A stretch of 54,510 nt of DNA from Cognaticolwellia sp. (lineage in GTDB: Bacteria; Pseudomonadota; Gammaproteobacteria; Enterobacterales; Alteromonadaceae). Shown here one piece after another: positions 30,324 through 39,900 of this stretch (its first letter is position 1; each line of letters begins with the position of its first letter). Made by a program: the position numbers and the translations under genes. The notes below the pieces were generated by a model. It searched no databases. It was not told the origin of the DNA and was given only the letters and a program-made list of their open reading frames with translations. The DNA is taken from the NCBI GenBank assembly GCA_041616855.1, contig JBFJQB010000001.1:1-54510 (forward strand). Direction: 5' to 3'.

Positions 30324-31571
30324 ATGTCTGTATCCAAAAATCGTCCCGAGCCATTATTTCCAACCTACATCGAATTGTGTGAATTTACCTTTGAAGATTA
30401 TCCTTCAGTAAATAACTTATTAACCGTTAACGCTGAAGCTTGGTGGTTGAAACATTGGCATTGGGGAAAAGCTTTTCTGGCTTATACTGGCCGCAATAAA
30501 TCAGTGCACACTTATGATCGTTTTCGTAATGAAATTGAAAAGTTTTTGTTGTGGAGTTTCCTTTGTAAAAAAACACCTATCGATCAATTAAGAAAAACTG
30601 ACATTTTAGAATATGCAGATTTTTGTTGGCAACCACCAGTGAGCTGGATTGGCACCAGTAATCAAGAACGCTTCAGGTTGGCTAATGGTTATTTTGCCAT
30701 TAACGAACATTGGTTTCCATTTAAGGTTCAAGCAGCAAAAAGCCAAACCGTTAAGGACGTTGATAAAAAGAAATATCGACCATCACAACAAACCTTAACA
30801 TCAACATTTACCGCAATCATCGTATTCTATAATTACCTGATGTCTGAAGAGCTTTGCTATGGTAACCCCGCACAAATTGCCAAGAAAGATTGTAAGCATT
30901 TTATTAGCGACGCCCAAGTTAAAGAAGTAAAGCGATTAACCAATAGCCAGTGGCAATACTTGTTAGACACTGCAGTAGATATGGCGAATGAAAATGAAAG
31001 TTATGAGCGAAATTTATTTGTTATAGCGGCCTTAAAAACCCTTTTTCTGAGGATTTCAGAGCTTTCTGAGCGTGAAACTTGGTCACCGCTAATGGGCCAT
31101 TTTTGGCAAGATGAAGATGAAAATTGGTGGTTAAAAGTGTTTGGTAAAGGCCGTAAACTCAGAGATACCACAGTTCCGCCCGACTTTATCAGTTTTCTGA
31201 CGCGTTACCGGCTTTCGCGTGGGCTTTCTCGATTACCTTTTAGTGGTGAGAATACCGTATTAGTCGAGAAGATTCGTGGCCAAGGCGGTATGACCGCTCG
31301 CCATTTACGTCGATTAGTACAAGAGGTGTTCGATTTAGCTTATAGAAAAATGAAGCAAGCTGAAGGTGAAGACAGAGCGATGAAGCTTAAAGAAGCTTCA
31401 ACTCATTGGTTAAGACATACAGGCGCGAGTATGGAAATTGAGCGGGGGCGAGCCCTAAAAGATCTTTCTGAAGACCTAGGGCATGCCAGTATGGCGACAA
31501 CTGATACTGTCTATGTTCAAACAGAGAATAAGAAAAGAGCGGAAAGTGGTAAAAGAAGAAAGGTTGATTAG
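30324..31571 (+). CDS. Tyrosine recombinase / site-specific integrase
   Basis: Complete catalytic set: LRISEL (R), GKGRK (K), HWLRH (HxxR), LGH, TVY (Y); N-terminal core-binding region. Confidence 0.93.
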   Translation: MSVSKNRPEPLFPTYIELCEFTFEDYPSVNNLLTVNAEAWWLKHWHWGKAFLAYTGRNKSVHTYDRFRNEIEKFLLWSFLCKKTPIDQLRKTDILEYADFCWQPPVSWIGTSNQERFRLANGYFAINEHWFPFKVQAAKSQTVKDVDKKKYRPSQQTLTSTFTAIIVFYNYLMSEELCYGNPAQIAKKDCKHFISDAQVKEVKRLTNSQWQYLLDTAVDMANENESYERNLFVIAALKTLFLRISELSERETWSPLMGHFWQDEDENWWLKVFGKGRKLRDTTVPPDFISFLTRYRLSRGLSRLPFSGENTVLVEKIRGQGGMTARHLRRLVQEVFDLAYRKMKQAEGEDRAMKLKEASTHWLRHTGASMEIERGRALKDLSEDLGHASMATTDTVYVQTENKKRAESGKRRKVD

Positions 31572-31717
31572 GCTATGTTTTATCATGTTACGTTAATTTA
31601 GTTAAGTGGCATTATGTATTGAAATATCATAGTTCTTCACTTTCAGCTCATATTTTTCAAAAAGCGGTAAGCCCCCTACTTTATATTGCTGATTATAATA
31701 ACTACAAACACTATTAA

Positions 31718-33310
31718 TTATAGTGCTTTAAGATGAAAACTAATGCGGTTGATATGATTAAAAACTCGTTGCAACCAACGTAACGCCTCAATCTTTTGGG
31801 TCGCGTCGGGAACGGTAATACGGCCTAAAGCGATATCGGTCATTAATGAATCTCTAATCGGCTCTAATTGTTTGGCTAATCTTTTTCGCATATTGGTGGT
31901 TATTTTAAGTGCGGCAGCCCATTGTTCGTTTTCAAGGTATTCGATGAGTGAATCCGTTATTGTGCATAATTCTGTTAAGGTGTGATTTAGCGACGGCATC
32001 TTTTCAGTTAAAATTTCACACCTTGGTGCTTCATCACAGCGTTCATGCAAACGTTGCATATGATCTAAAACGTGGATTAATGCCAGCAAGCGTTGCCATT
32101 CTGGTTTACTCTCTTGGTTTAAATGTATTAAATCAACAAAATCATGTGTTTCATCTAGTGCCAACTGCATGGCAGAAAAGTCAATAATATCTTTATGTTG
32201 TGCGTCATACAGTAATGCTTTTATATATTTTAACAAGTCGATTAACTGTTGTTTAATGGTTGGTATTACTGCGGTTAGCGCGACACCAGGCTCAGCCAGC
32301 AACGTTTGATCAAGGGTTTGGTTATAAGGCATTGCTGGGGCACTTACAATATGAATAATGAAGCGAGAAAATTGCTGAGTAAAGGGCAATATCAAACATA
32401 AGCCAAGTGTATTAAATAAGGTATGAAACAACACAAGTGCCATTTCAGCATTATCACTTAACCAGCCAGGTAAAAAGTAACTTAAAAATACCGTAAAGGG
32501 GGTTAATAGCATTAACGCAAGAATAGCGGTAAATAAATTATAAATAACATGGGACACCCCTGTTCTTTTTGAACCAATTGAGCCACCTATCGTTGCCATT
32601 AAAGCCGTTACTGTTGTTCCTACATCCATACCAATAACAAGCACTGCCGCTTGATTAAAATTTATTGCACCAGCAAATAAAGCCGTTAATGCTGCCGCAA
32701 CACCCGCACTGGAAGACTGCGTGATTAAGGTAATGATCACGCCCAGTAGTAACAATTGGATACGGCCTAGCCAAGTATCCGAAGGGAAGTGCTCAGGTGT
32801 TACCCATTGCTCTACGCCCGCCATGCCTTGTTGCATCATCGATATGCCAACAAAGATCAAACCAAATCCAGCAAGTGCGAAGCCAAATGTAGCCAGGCGA
32901 TCTTTGGCAAATAATTTTAACACTACCCCGATAAAGATTACCGGTAAAATAATACTGGCGAGTTTAAGTTTAAAGCCCAACAACACGACTAGCCAACCCG
33001 TGATCGTAGTACCAATATTTGCACCAAAAATAATACCAAGTGACTGCGAAAAGGTGATTAAACCGGCGCCAACAAAACCCACGGCAGCAACAGTAGTGGC
33101 ACTTGACGATTGTAAAATTGCCGTACTGGTGGTGCCAACAATTGCTCCTGATAACGGACTGCGGGTAAATTTCATCAAAGCATTTCGCATCGTGCCACCG
33201 GCTAGCGCATGCAATGCTTGTGTCATCACAATCATGCCGAGCAAAAAAACACCTAAACCGCCAATTGTTTGAGTTAAGGTAAAATACAAATTAAAGCTTT
33301 GCTCTGGCAC
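31718..33310 (-). CDS. Na+/Pi cotransporter family protein (NptA/YjbB-like)
   Basis: Two QSSS repeats, GANIGTT and GMDVGTT, multiple TMs, helical PhoU-like C-terminus; GTG start with GGAG RBS. Confidence 0.9.
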   Translation of the reverse strand: MPEQSFNLYFTLTQTIGGLGVFLLGMIVMTQALHALAGGTMRNALMKFTRSPLSGAIVGTTSTAILQSSSATTVAAVGFVGAGLITFSQSLGIIFGANIGTTITGWLVVLLGFKLKLASIILPVIFIGVVLKLFAKDRLATFGFALAGFGLIFVGISMMQQGMAGVEQWVTPEHFPSDTWLGRIQLLLLGVIITLITQSSSAGVAAALTALFAGAINFNQAAVLVIGMDVGTTVTALMATIGGSIGSKRTGVSHVIYNLFTAILALMLLTPFTVFLSYFLPGWLSDNAEMALVLFHTLFNTLGLCLILPFTQQFSRFIIHIVSAPAMPYNQTLDQTLLAEPGVALTAVIPTIKQQLIDLLKYIKALLYDAQHKDIIDFSAMQLALDETHDFVDLIHLNQESKPEWQRLLALIHVLDHMQRLHERCDEAPRCEILTEKMPSLNHTLTELCTITDSLIEYLENEQWAAALKITTNMRKRLAKQLEPIRDSLMTDIALGRITVPDATQKIEALRWLQRVFNHINRISFHLKAL

Positions 33311-33491
33311 TTATTTCTCCAGTTAATTGGCCGCTTTTGACTAAGCGCTTTTTTTACTCACTTATTGCTAGTCGACATCATCAAAACTAAGCACGAACTC
33401 GATAAATAGCTTGTGTTTAAATGCGTGAGGAACCCATAGATAAAAAACCATCAGCGCTGATGTAATAAAGCAGTCGAATATTTGTTTTTTA

Positions 33492-33929
33492 TCAAGGCAC
33501 CAATACAATGGGAATGCCAGCACGATGTGCTAGTTTATTTGCGACACTACCTAGCAATATATCAGCAATACGAGAGCGCCCTTGTCGTCCGACAAATAAC
33601 ATATTCACATGCTTTTTTTTGATTTGTTCTAGGATAACCACAACCGGATCGCCCCAAAGTAACTCAGTTTTAAGTTCAACACCGACATCAGCATATTTTT
33701 TCTCTAATGGTGTCAAGACCTGCGCGATGGTATTTCGCTCTTCTGTTGCTTGGTCTAAAATCGGTGGTGCTACCCCTTCAAGTGCCATAGGTTGTATGTA
33801 GGTCCAATCTTTTACCGTCAGTAACTTTACTTTAGCTTCAGTTTTCTCAGCTAAACTAATCGCACGTTCAACAGCTCTTTTACTCCATTCACTACCATCT
33901 ACAGCAACAAGATACAGGGGCTTAGTCAT
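33492..33929 (-). CDS. Universal stress protein (single domain, ATP-binding motif)
   Basis: LVAVDGS and G-2x-G-9x-GS motif GRQGRSRIADILLGSV, PIVLVP. Confidence 0.92.
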   Translation of the reverse strand: MTKPLYLVAVDGSEWSKRAVERAISLAEKTEAKVKLLTVKDWTYIQPMALEGVAPPILDQATEERNTIAQVLTPLEKKYADVGVELKTELLWGDPVVVILEQIKKKHVNMLFVGRQGRSRIADILLGSVANKLAHRAGIPIVLVP

Positions 33930-34191
33930 ATCATTCTCCTAGCTTAACTATTTAAAAAAGCAAACTTATGTATGCTGTAAAAGTATAACGGCTGTTAGTA
34001 TTTTAACCAGCGACAGACGTGCACAGCATCACAAAAACAAAAGCTTGAATCATCGATGAAAGGTTAATGAACATGGTGAATAGGCAGTTCATCTAATGCA
34101 GCGATAACATTATTACAATTTTTTCGCTATGTTCAGCCAGGATTAGTGCAGCCTTATCAATGTAGCATAACGACTCACGTACATTAAAAGT

Positions 34192-34231
34192 TTGATCTGC
34201 ATCACCTTTCCGCTATTTTTACAGCTAAGCT
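34192..34231 (+). promoter_or_regulatory. FNR-like box with -10 element (class II-like spacing) upstream of the cytochrome c gene
   Basis: TTGAT-CTGC-ATCAC (34192-34205; 9/10 consensus) and TAAGCT at 34226-34231; lies in the divergent usp/cytochrome c region. Confidence 0.62.
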
Positions 34232-34312
34232 GCTGGAGGAAAAAACGTTCCTGAACTAGACTTCACTATAGTTATTAATTTAATTGTGTCTACCGGTTTA
34301 TTTGGAGCAAAT

Positions 34313-34756
34313 ATGAAAAAGCTAATTTTTATTTTATACCCATTAATTATTGTTAGTTTAATCAGTTGTGATTTAGGACCTGAATCGCCTAAAGGGTTTA
34401 GTTTACCTGAAGGTAATGTCGAAAAGGGGCAACTTGTTTTTTTAAAATACCAATGCTTAGCATGCCATCAAGTCGCTGATATGGACGCACCAGAAGGCAT
34501 GGTAGATAATCCAACATTTGATATTAAGTTGGGTGGAAAGTCTACAAAAGTAAAAACTTATGCTGATTTGCTGACATCAATTATTAACCCTTCCCATAAA
34601 TTTGCTAAGGGATATGCTCTGAGCGTAATTCAATACGATGGGGTGTCAAAAATGAAAAATTATAATGATGTCATGACAGTATCTGAACTCGTAGATTTAA
34701 CCACATTTTTACAACAAAAATATCAATTAGTTCCTTATAGAAGAACCGTTTATTAA
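34313..34756 (+). CDS. Monoheme c-type cytochrome lipoprotein
   Basis: GGAG RBS, lipobox LISC, single CLACH, distal Met candidate in SKMKNY. Confidence 0.85.
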   Translation: MKKLIFILYPLIIVSLISCDLGPESPKGFSLPEGNVEKGQLVFLKYQCLACHQVADMDAPEGMVDNPTFDIKLGGKSTKVKTYADLLTSIINPSHKFAKGYALSVIQYDGVSKMKNYNDVMTVSELVDLTTFLQQKYQLVPYRRTVY

Positions 34757-34789
34757 TATCCTCTCATATAAAATATCCAAAACGATTTA

Positions 34790-34818
34790 CTCCTAGTTGC
34801 CGTAATGGCAACTAGGAG
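34790..34818. terminator. Perfect 12-bp hairpin between convergent genes
   Basis: CTCCTAGTTGCC-GTAAT-GGCAACTAGGAG. Confidence 0.65.
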
Positions 34819-34954
34819 GTGTAGTGGTACAGGTATTTGAAATTAAAAGATGAGTGAACCATATTTCAGTGGCAAAACATAGCTAGGCCAACGCTTTTGG
34901 GTAGTAGTATGAGTTGATTTGTTTTTTCTGATATCTAGGCGTTAAAGCTTGATG

Positions 34955-35746
34955 CTATTTAACACCGCTAGGAAAAATTTCCGACATCACTGCTTGGTTA
35001 ACTTGTATCAGCCCCCGTTTCGGGCGGTCAAGATCAATGATAATAAACACTATTAAGGTAATTAGCAGCGCTACCAAAATCACCGGCGCAATAATACGCT
35101 TACCGCTTAGCCCTCCCGAATAACCCAATATTCCACCTGAAGAGACAAATACAATTAACAGCAATATCAAAACCACCTCTGGAACATGCATTTGCAGTAG
35201 TGCATTTCTCTTACCTTGGCTGTCAAACACATCATTTAAGGATTTAACAAAAGCTCCCGTTGTAACAGCACGAGGATCATCATTGGTTGCCGCAATGGCT
35301 AACGACCAAAGCTTATGTTGAAGTACAGATGTTTGTTTATTAAATTTTTCGCGTTCGGCTACTTTCGTGAGATCGATTTGTCCTAATGCAATACGTAAAT
35401 CGACATATTGACGAAACATGCTATTGCCTTCTTGCTGATATTGCTCTGGTAATAACTGCACTCTTAGAATAGCCGTCCCTATAGCATTTGCTTCGTCAAT
35501 TAACGCCATGCTTCGGTTGTCATATCGCTGCATCGACATACTAAAAGTAAAACCGAGTAACAGTGCAAGTAAACCTAAGATACTCGCTTGAATAGAACCG
35601 GTGAGTGATTTTACTTCATCGTCCGTTCGCGCTTGAACAAAGCGCCCTACTTGAAAACCTATTTCGTTGAATATTAAGATCACAAAAAATAGGATCACTG
35701 TAATAACGATACTGCTGTGACCATAAAGAAGTTCTTGCTCATTCAT
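34955..35746 (-). CDS. DUF4239 / bestrophin-like 4-TM membrane protein
   Basis: LGLLALLLGFTFS..RYD.R..EANAIGTA.LR and IIDLDRP.RGLI motifs. Confidence 0.72.
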   Translation of the reverse strand: MNEQELLYGHSSIVITVILFFVILIFNEIGFQVGRFVQARTDDEVKSLTGSIQASILGLLALLLGFTFSMSMQRYDNRSMALIDEANAIGTAILRVQLLPEQYQQEGNSMFRQYVDLRIALGQIDLTKVAEREKFNKQTSVLQHKLWSLAIAATNDDPRAVTTGAFVKSLNDVFDSQGKRNALLQMHVPEVVLILLLIVFVSSGGILGYSGGLSGKRIIAPVILVALLITLIVFIIIDLDRPKRGLIQVNQAVMSEIFPSGVK

Positions 35747-35873
35747 AAATATAAACCTGCTTCACAATGCCTCACTGTCTGAGGTTTGTTGTTATTTTTA
35801 ACTTCAAATCTAACCTAAATACGTTAGCGTTATGTATTAATATTATTAGAGCTTTATGATTTTTGACTTACGA

Positions 35874-36119
35874 CTAAAGCATTAACTTTAATGAGATATA
35901 GGGCGCTAAATTAAACATCAGAATCGCCACTTTGTAATTAGACAAAAATTTAAAATACAATTTAGGTAATTCAGCACTATCGATACCCACAACTTTGCTG
36001 TGTAGACTCATAGTAAAACGTTTAAATACGATAATAAATAACGCAGAAAACGCATAAATACTGAGATTAATTACCGTACACCAACCGAAAAAGACACTAA
36101 GTTCGTTGATACCTGTCAT
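35874..36119 (-). CDS. Small membrane protein, DUF6868-like
   Basis: FFGWCTVIN..LHSK..YK..ILMFNLAPY pattern; GGAG RBS before ATG 36119. Confidence 0.65.
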   Translation of the reverse strand: MTGINELSVFFGWCTVINLSIYAFSALFIIVFKRFTMSLHSKVVGIDSAELPKLYFKFLSNYKVAILMFNLAPYISLKLML

Positions 36120-36468
36120 ATCTACATACTCCATAACATTTTAACTGTAATAGCTTTGCTAATTACTAGGTCACTAATCATACAAGCATCAGCGCTATGA
36201 TATGCAAGGTCCAGGTGCTTTTGTAATTAACAATCAAGCTTGTAAATGATAAACAGCTGAAATTACCCTTAAAAAATAGTATAACGATCACTAAGTACTT
36301 TTAACAACTTGTTAATTTACCGATCAAATGGATTTCAATGGGTCAAGAAGATATCAATTAAACAAGATAAATAGTATTTTTAAGAAGGGGCGCTGAGCTA
36401 ATGTATTAACACTATTCTAAGTTTAAGTACTACAAATCCAATTTATCTATATTACATCTGATAAAAGC

Positions 36469-36504
36469 AAAAAAAACCGTTAATAGCAAGATTAACGATT
36501 TTTT
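36469..36504 (-). terminator. Rho-independent terminator with no annotated gene directly upstream
   Basis: Minus strand AAAAAATCGTTAAT-CTTGCT-ATTAACGGTTTTTTTT. Confidence 0.65.
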
Positions 36505-36981
36505 CATAATGTGGCCGGCTGACTAGAACGCCTATTGACACTGGAGTTTGAACGTAAAGGTTTAAGAGAGAACAAAGTCCAATGTCCCCATGTTTTCTTA
36601 ACTTCCAATAGTATATTTAGAATAATTAAATTTTTACATTGCTTAATTTATTTATAGGAACAGCACTTTTCATATTAACAGAAAGTTGTAAGTCGATTGT
36701 CAACATATTAGAAATATAAGCTCCTGAGCAAGATTTTCCTTTTCAAAATGTTTAGGTAAATAAAATACGTGTCAATTCCCTTTTATTAACTGGAGAAAAA
36801 ACATACCTTCTTAGAGGTAAACCTAAATATTGTAGTCATATCGATGTGATATTGACGCTGCCAGTAAGTCGTAGATGAACAATGTTACACAATAACATCT
36901 TGTTATATGAATATAATTCATAACTCGTTATACTAAATCCCACTATTGTACGTGCTTTTTTCAATTGCTAATGAGTATCGA

Positions 36982-39900
36982 ATGTCGGTAAATAAAACAA
37001 CAAAACCTAACCTTATAATAGGCATGGGCGCGTCAGCTGGTGGTCTTGATGCATTCAAGGCATTTTTTTCAAAAACCCCAAAAAATACCGGCATGGCCTT
37101 TATTCTCTTACCTCACCTAGATCCTAGCCATGAAAGCCTAATGACACCTTTACTCGCTAGTCAAATTAATATGCCGGTTGTAGAAGCCGATAATAATTTG
37201 TTGGTTGAGGCTAATCATGTGTATATTTTACCACCGGCCAAAGAACTGACTATTACCGATGGCCATTTATACCTCAATGATATTGCCCAGCCCCGCAAAC
37301 AATGGCAAGCAATTGAACATTTTTTGACTAGCCTAGCCAAAGACCAAGCAGAACGTAGTGTTGGAATTATTTTATCGGGAACCGGCTCACACGGTACCTT
37401 AAGCTTTCGAGATATTAAGCTAGCTGGTGGTATGATTATCGCTCAAAATCCAACAACTACGCCTCACTATCAAATGCCACAAAATGCCATAGATACAGGT
37501 TTGGTGGACTTAATTGCAGCCCCTGAAGAGATGCCGGCCATTTTAATAGAGTATGCATCGCATCCTTATTTAGAAAAAACCACGAATACCATCACAGAAG
37601 AAATACAGCAAAACATGCAGCGCATTTTAAGCTATTTACGAACGCGTATTAAATATGATTATAGCGGTTACCGTAAAAACATGTTGCTACGACGTATCCA
37701 ACGACGCATGTGTGTTAGCCAGACAAATACGCTTGATGAATATTATAACTTCTTAAAAGCTACACCAGAAGAAGCCAGTGCTTTAAATAGCGATTTATTA
37801 ATCGGTGTAACCACTTTTTTTCGAGACAAAGATGCTTTCTTAACGCTCGGTCAGGAAGTTATACCTCAGCTTATTGCCAGTTGTACGGAAGAAGAGCCTG
37901 TACGCATTTGGGTACCCGCCTGCGCAACAGGTGAAGAAGTTTATACTATCACCATGATGGTTTTTGAAGCATTTGCGCGCGTAGAAAAACCAGTAATAGC
38001 GCAAATTTTTGCCAGCGATATCGACGAACAAGCGTTAAAGTTTGCACGCGAAGGCGTTTATCCTAAAAGCATTAAAAGTAATGTCGGCGCCGAACGTTTG
38101 GCACGTTTTTTTGACCTCACCCCTAAAGGTGATTACCAAATAAAGAAAGCGTTACGTGAAATTATTATATTTGCCACTCAAAACCTGATCAGTGATACGC
38201 CTTTTTCACGTCTTGACCTCATCAGTTGCCGCAACCTCTTTATTTATCTACAACCTGAATTGCAAAGTAATGTGCTAAATACCTTTCACTTTTCCTTGAA
38301 GCCAGGTGGCGCTTTAATGCTTGGTCCTTCAGAATCACTCGGTAAGAATAAAAAACAATTTGAAACTCTCTCAAAAAAGTGGCGAATATTTAAATCGATA
38401 AAAGCAACAAATAAACTCCCGCTTAATTTTCCAATTGAACGTCATGCAACTGCAAGTTTCCCCATTAAAAACGCTTATAAGACGATGAATTATCAAATGA
38501 CTCCACCAGCACGATTTGCCGAATTGGTTAACCGAGATTTATTAGAAGCATATGCTCCTGCAGCCGTGTTGATAAACCGAGCCTATGAGATATTACATTT
38601 TCAAGGCCCAACCGTTAACTTTTTAGAATTTCCTAAGGGTACACCAACGCACGATTTAATTACGCTAGTTCGTGAAGGCTTGCGTGCGCGAATTCGAACC
38701 GCTGTAGAGTATGTACTTAAAGAAAATAAACCTATTGCCGACCTTGATGCTAAAGTCAAACGTAATGGTCATTATGTACCTTGTATACTCACGGTGCGTC
38801 CAGTCTTTGATCCAAAGTTCCCTAGTGACTTACTGTTGCTCACCTTTGAAGAGAAACATGATCTTGAAACTCATCAAGCCATACCAAGTACGACGCTAAG
38901 TATATCCGATAATGACGCTAGCATTATTGAACAATTAGAGTATGAATTAAACGCAACACGCGAAGATCTGCAAAGCACAGTCGAGGAGCTTGAAAGTTCA
39001 AATGAAGAGCTTAAAGCTTCTAACGAAGAAATCATGTCAATGAATGAAGAATTGCAATCCGCAAATGAGGAACTTGAAACCTCAAAAGAAGAATTGCAAT
39101 CGATGAATGAAGAACTCAACACCGTCAATAGTGAACTGCTGCTTAAAGTTGAAGAATTAGAGAAAAGTTATGACGACACTCAAAATTTACTATCAAGTAC
39201 CGATATTGCCACGCTTTTCCTTGATAGAAAATTGCAAATCAGGTTATTTAACCCGTCAATAGGTGAATTACTCAATCTTAGAGAAAATGATATCGGCCGT
39301 TCGATTAGTCATTTTTCTGCGAATGTGGCCAACAACGACCTATTAAGTGATGCCCATCAAGTACTTGAAAAGCTAACACCGATAGAAAAAGATGTTTGGT
39401 CTACCGGAGAAAGTCCAAATAATCGCTGCTATTTACGACGGATAGTCCCCTATCGCACGGTTGATGACCATATTAACGGGGTTGTCATCACATTTGTTGA
39501 AATAACCGAACGTTATCAGCAAGAGCAACATTTAGAGCAGTGCGTGCAAGAACGTACTAAAGCGCTTCATGATCGTGAAGCCCGACTAAGCACCATTATG
39601 AAATATGCCTCAGAAGCTATTGTAGTGTTAGATGAGAGTGGCGTAATAACAGATTTTAACCAAGCAGCAGCGAGTATGTTTAATTATCAAGCTGTTGATG
39701 TTTTAGGTGCCAACATAAAAAAATTGGTGCCATCAGCTCAGCTTGCTGCTAGCAACAAATTCCAAAGTAAAATAGACATCAGTGATGTTAACAAGGTTAT
39801 TGCTCAAACCCCACAAGAGTTATTAGCCATTCGAAGAGACGGTAGTGAATTTCCAATCAAATTAACAACCACTATGATTGCCAATGACAAACTTTGTATT

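Noticed and set aside
27950-31571. Integron (integrase plus cassettes)
   Set aside because: No attC-like repeated hairpins were seen between the genes, the genes are co-oriented with the integrase, and no IntI-specific signature was recognised.
30324-31571. Assigning xerC/xerD or a prophage
   Set aside because: The protein is longer and lacks Xer context, the palindrome is not a dif consensus, and no phage genes are present.
38929-39140. 21-bp periodic DNA repeats as a non-coding array
   Set aside because: They are in-frame heptads of the CheB/CheR coiled coil.
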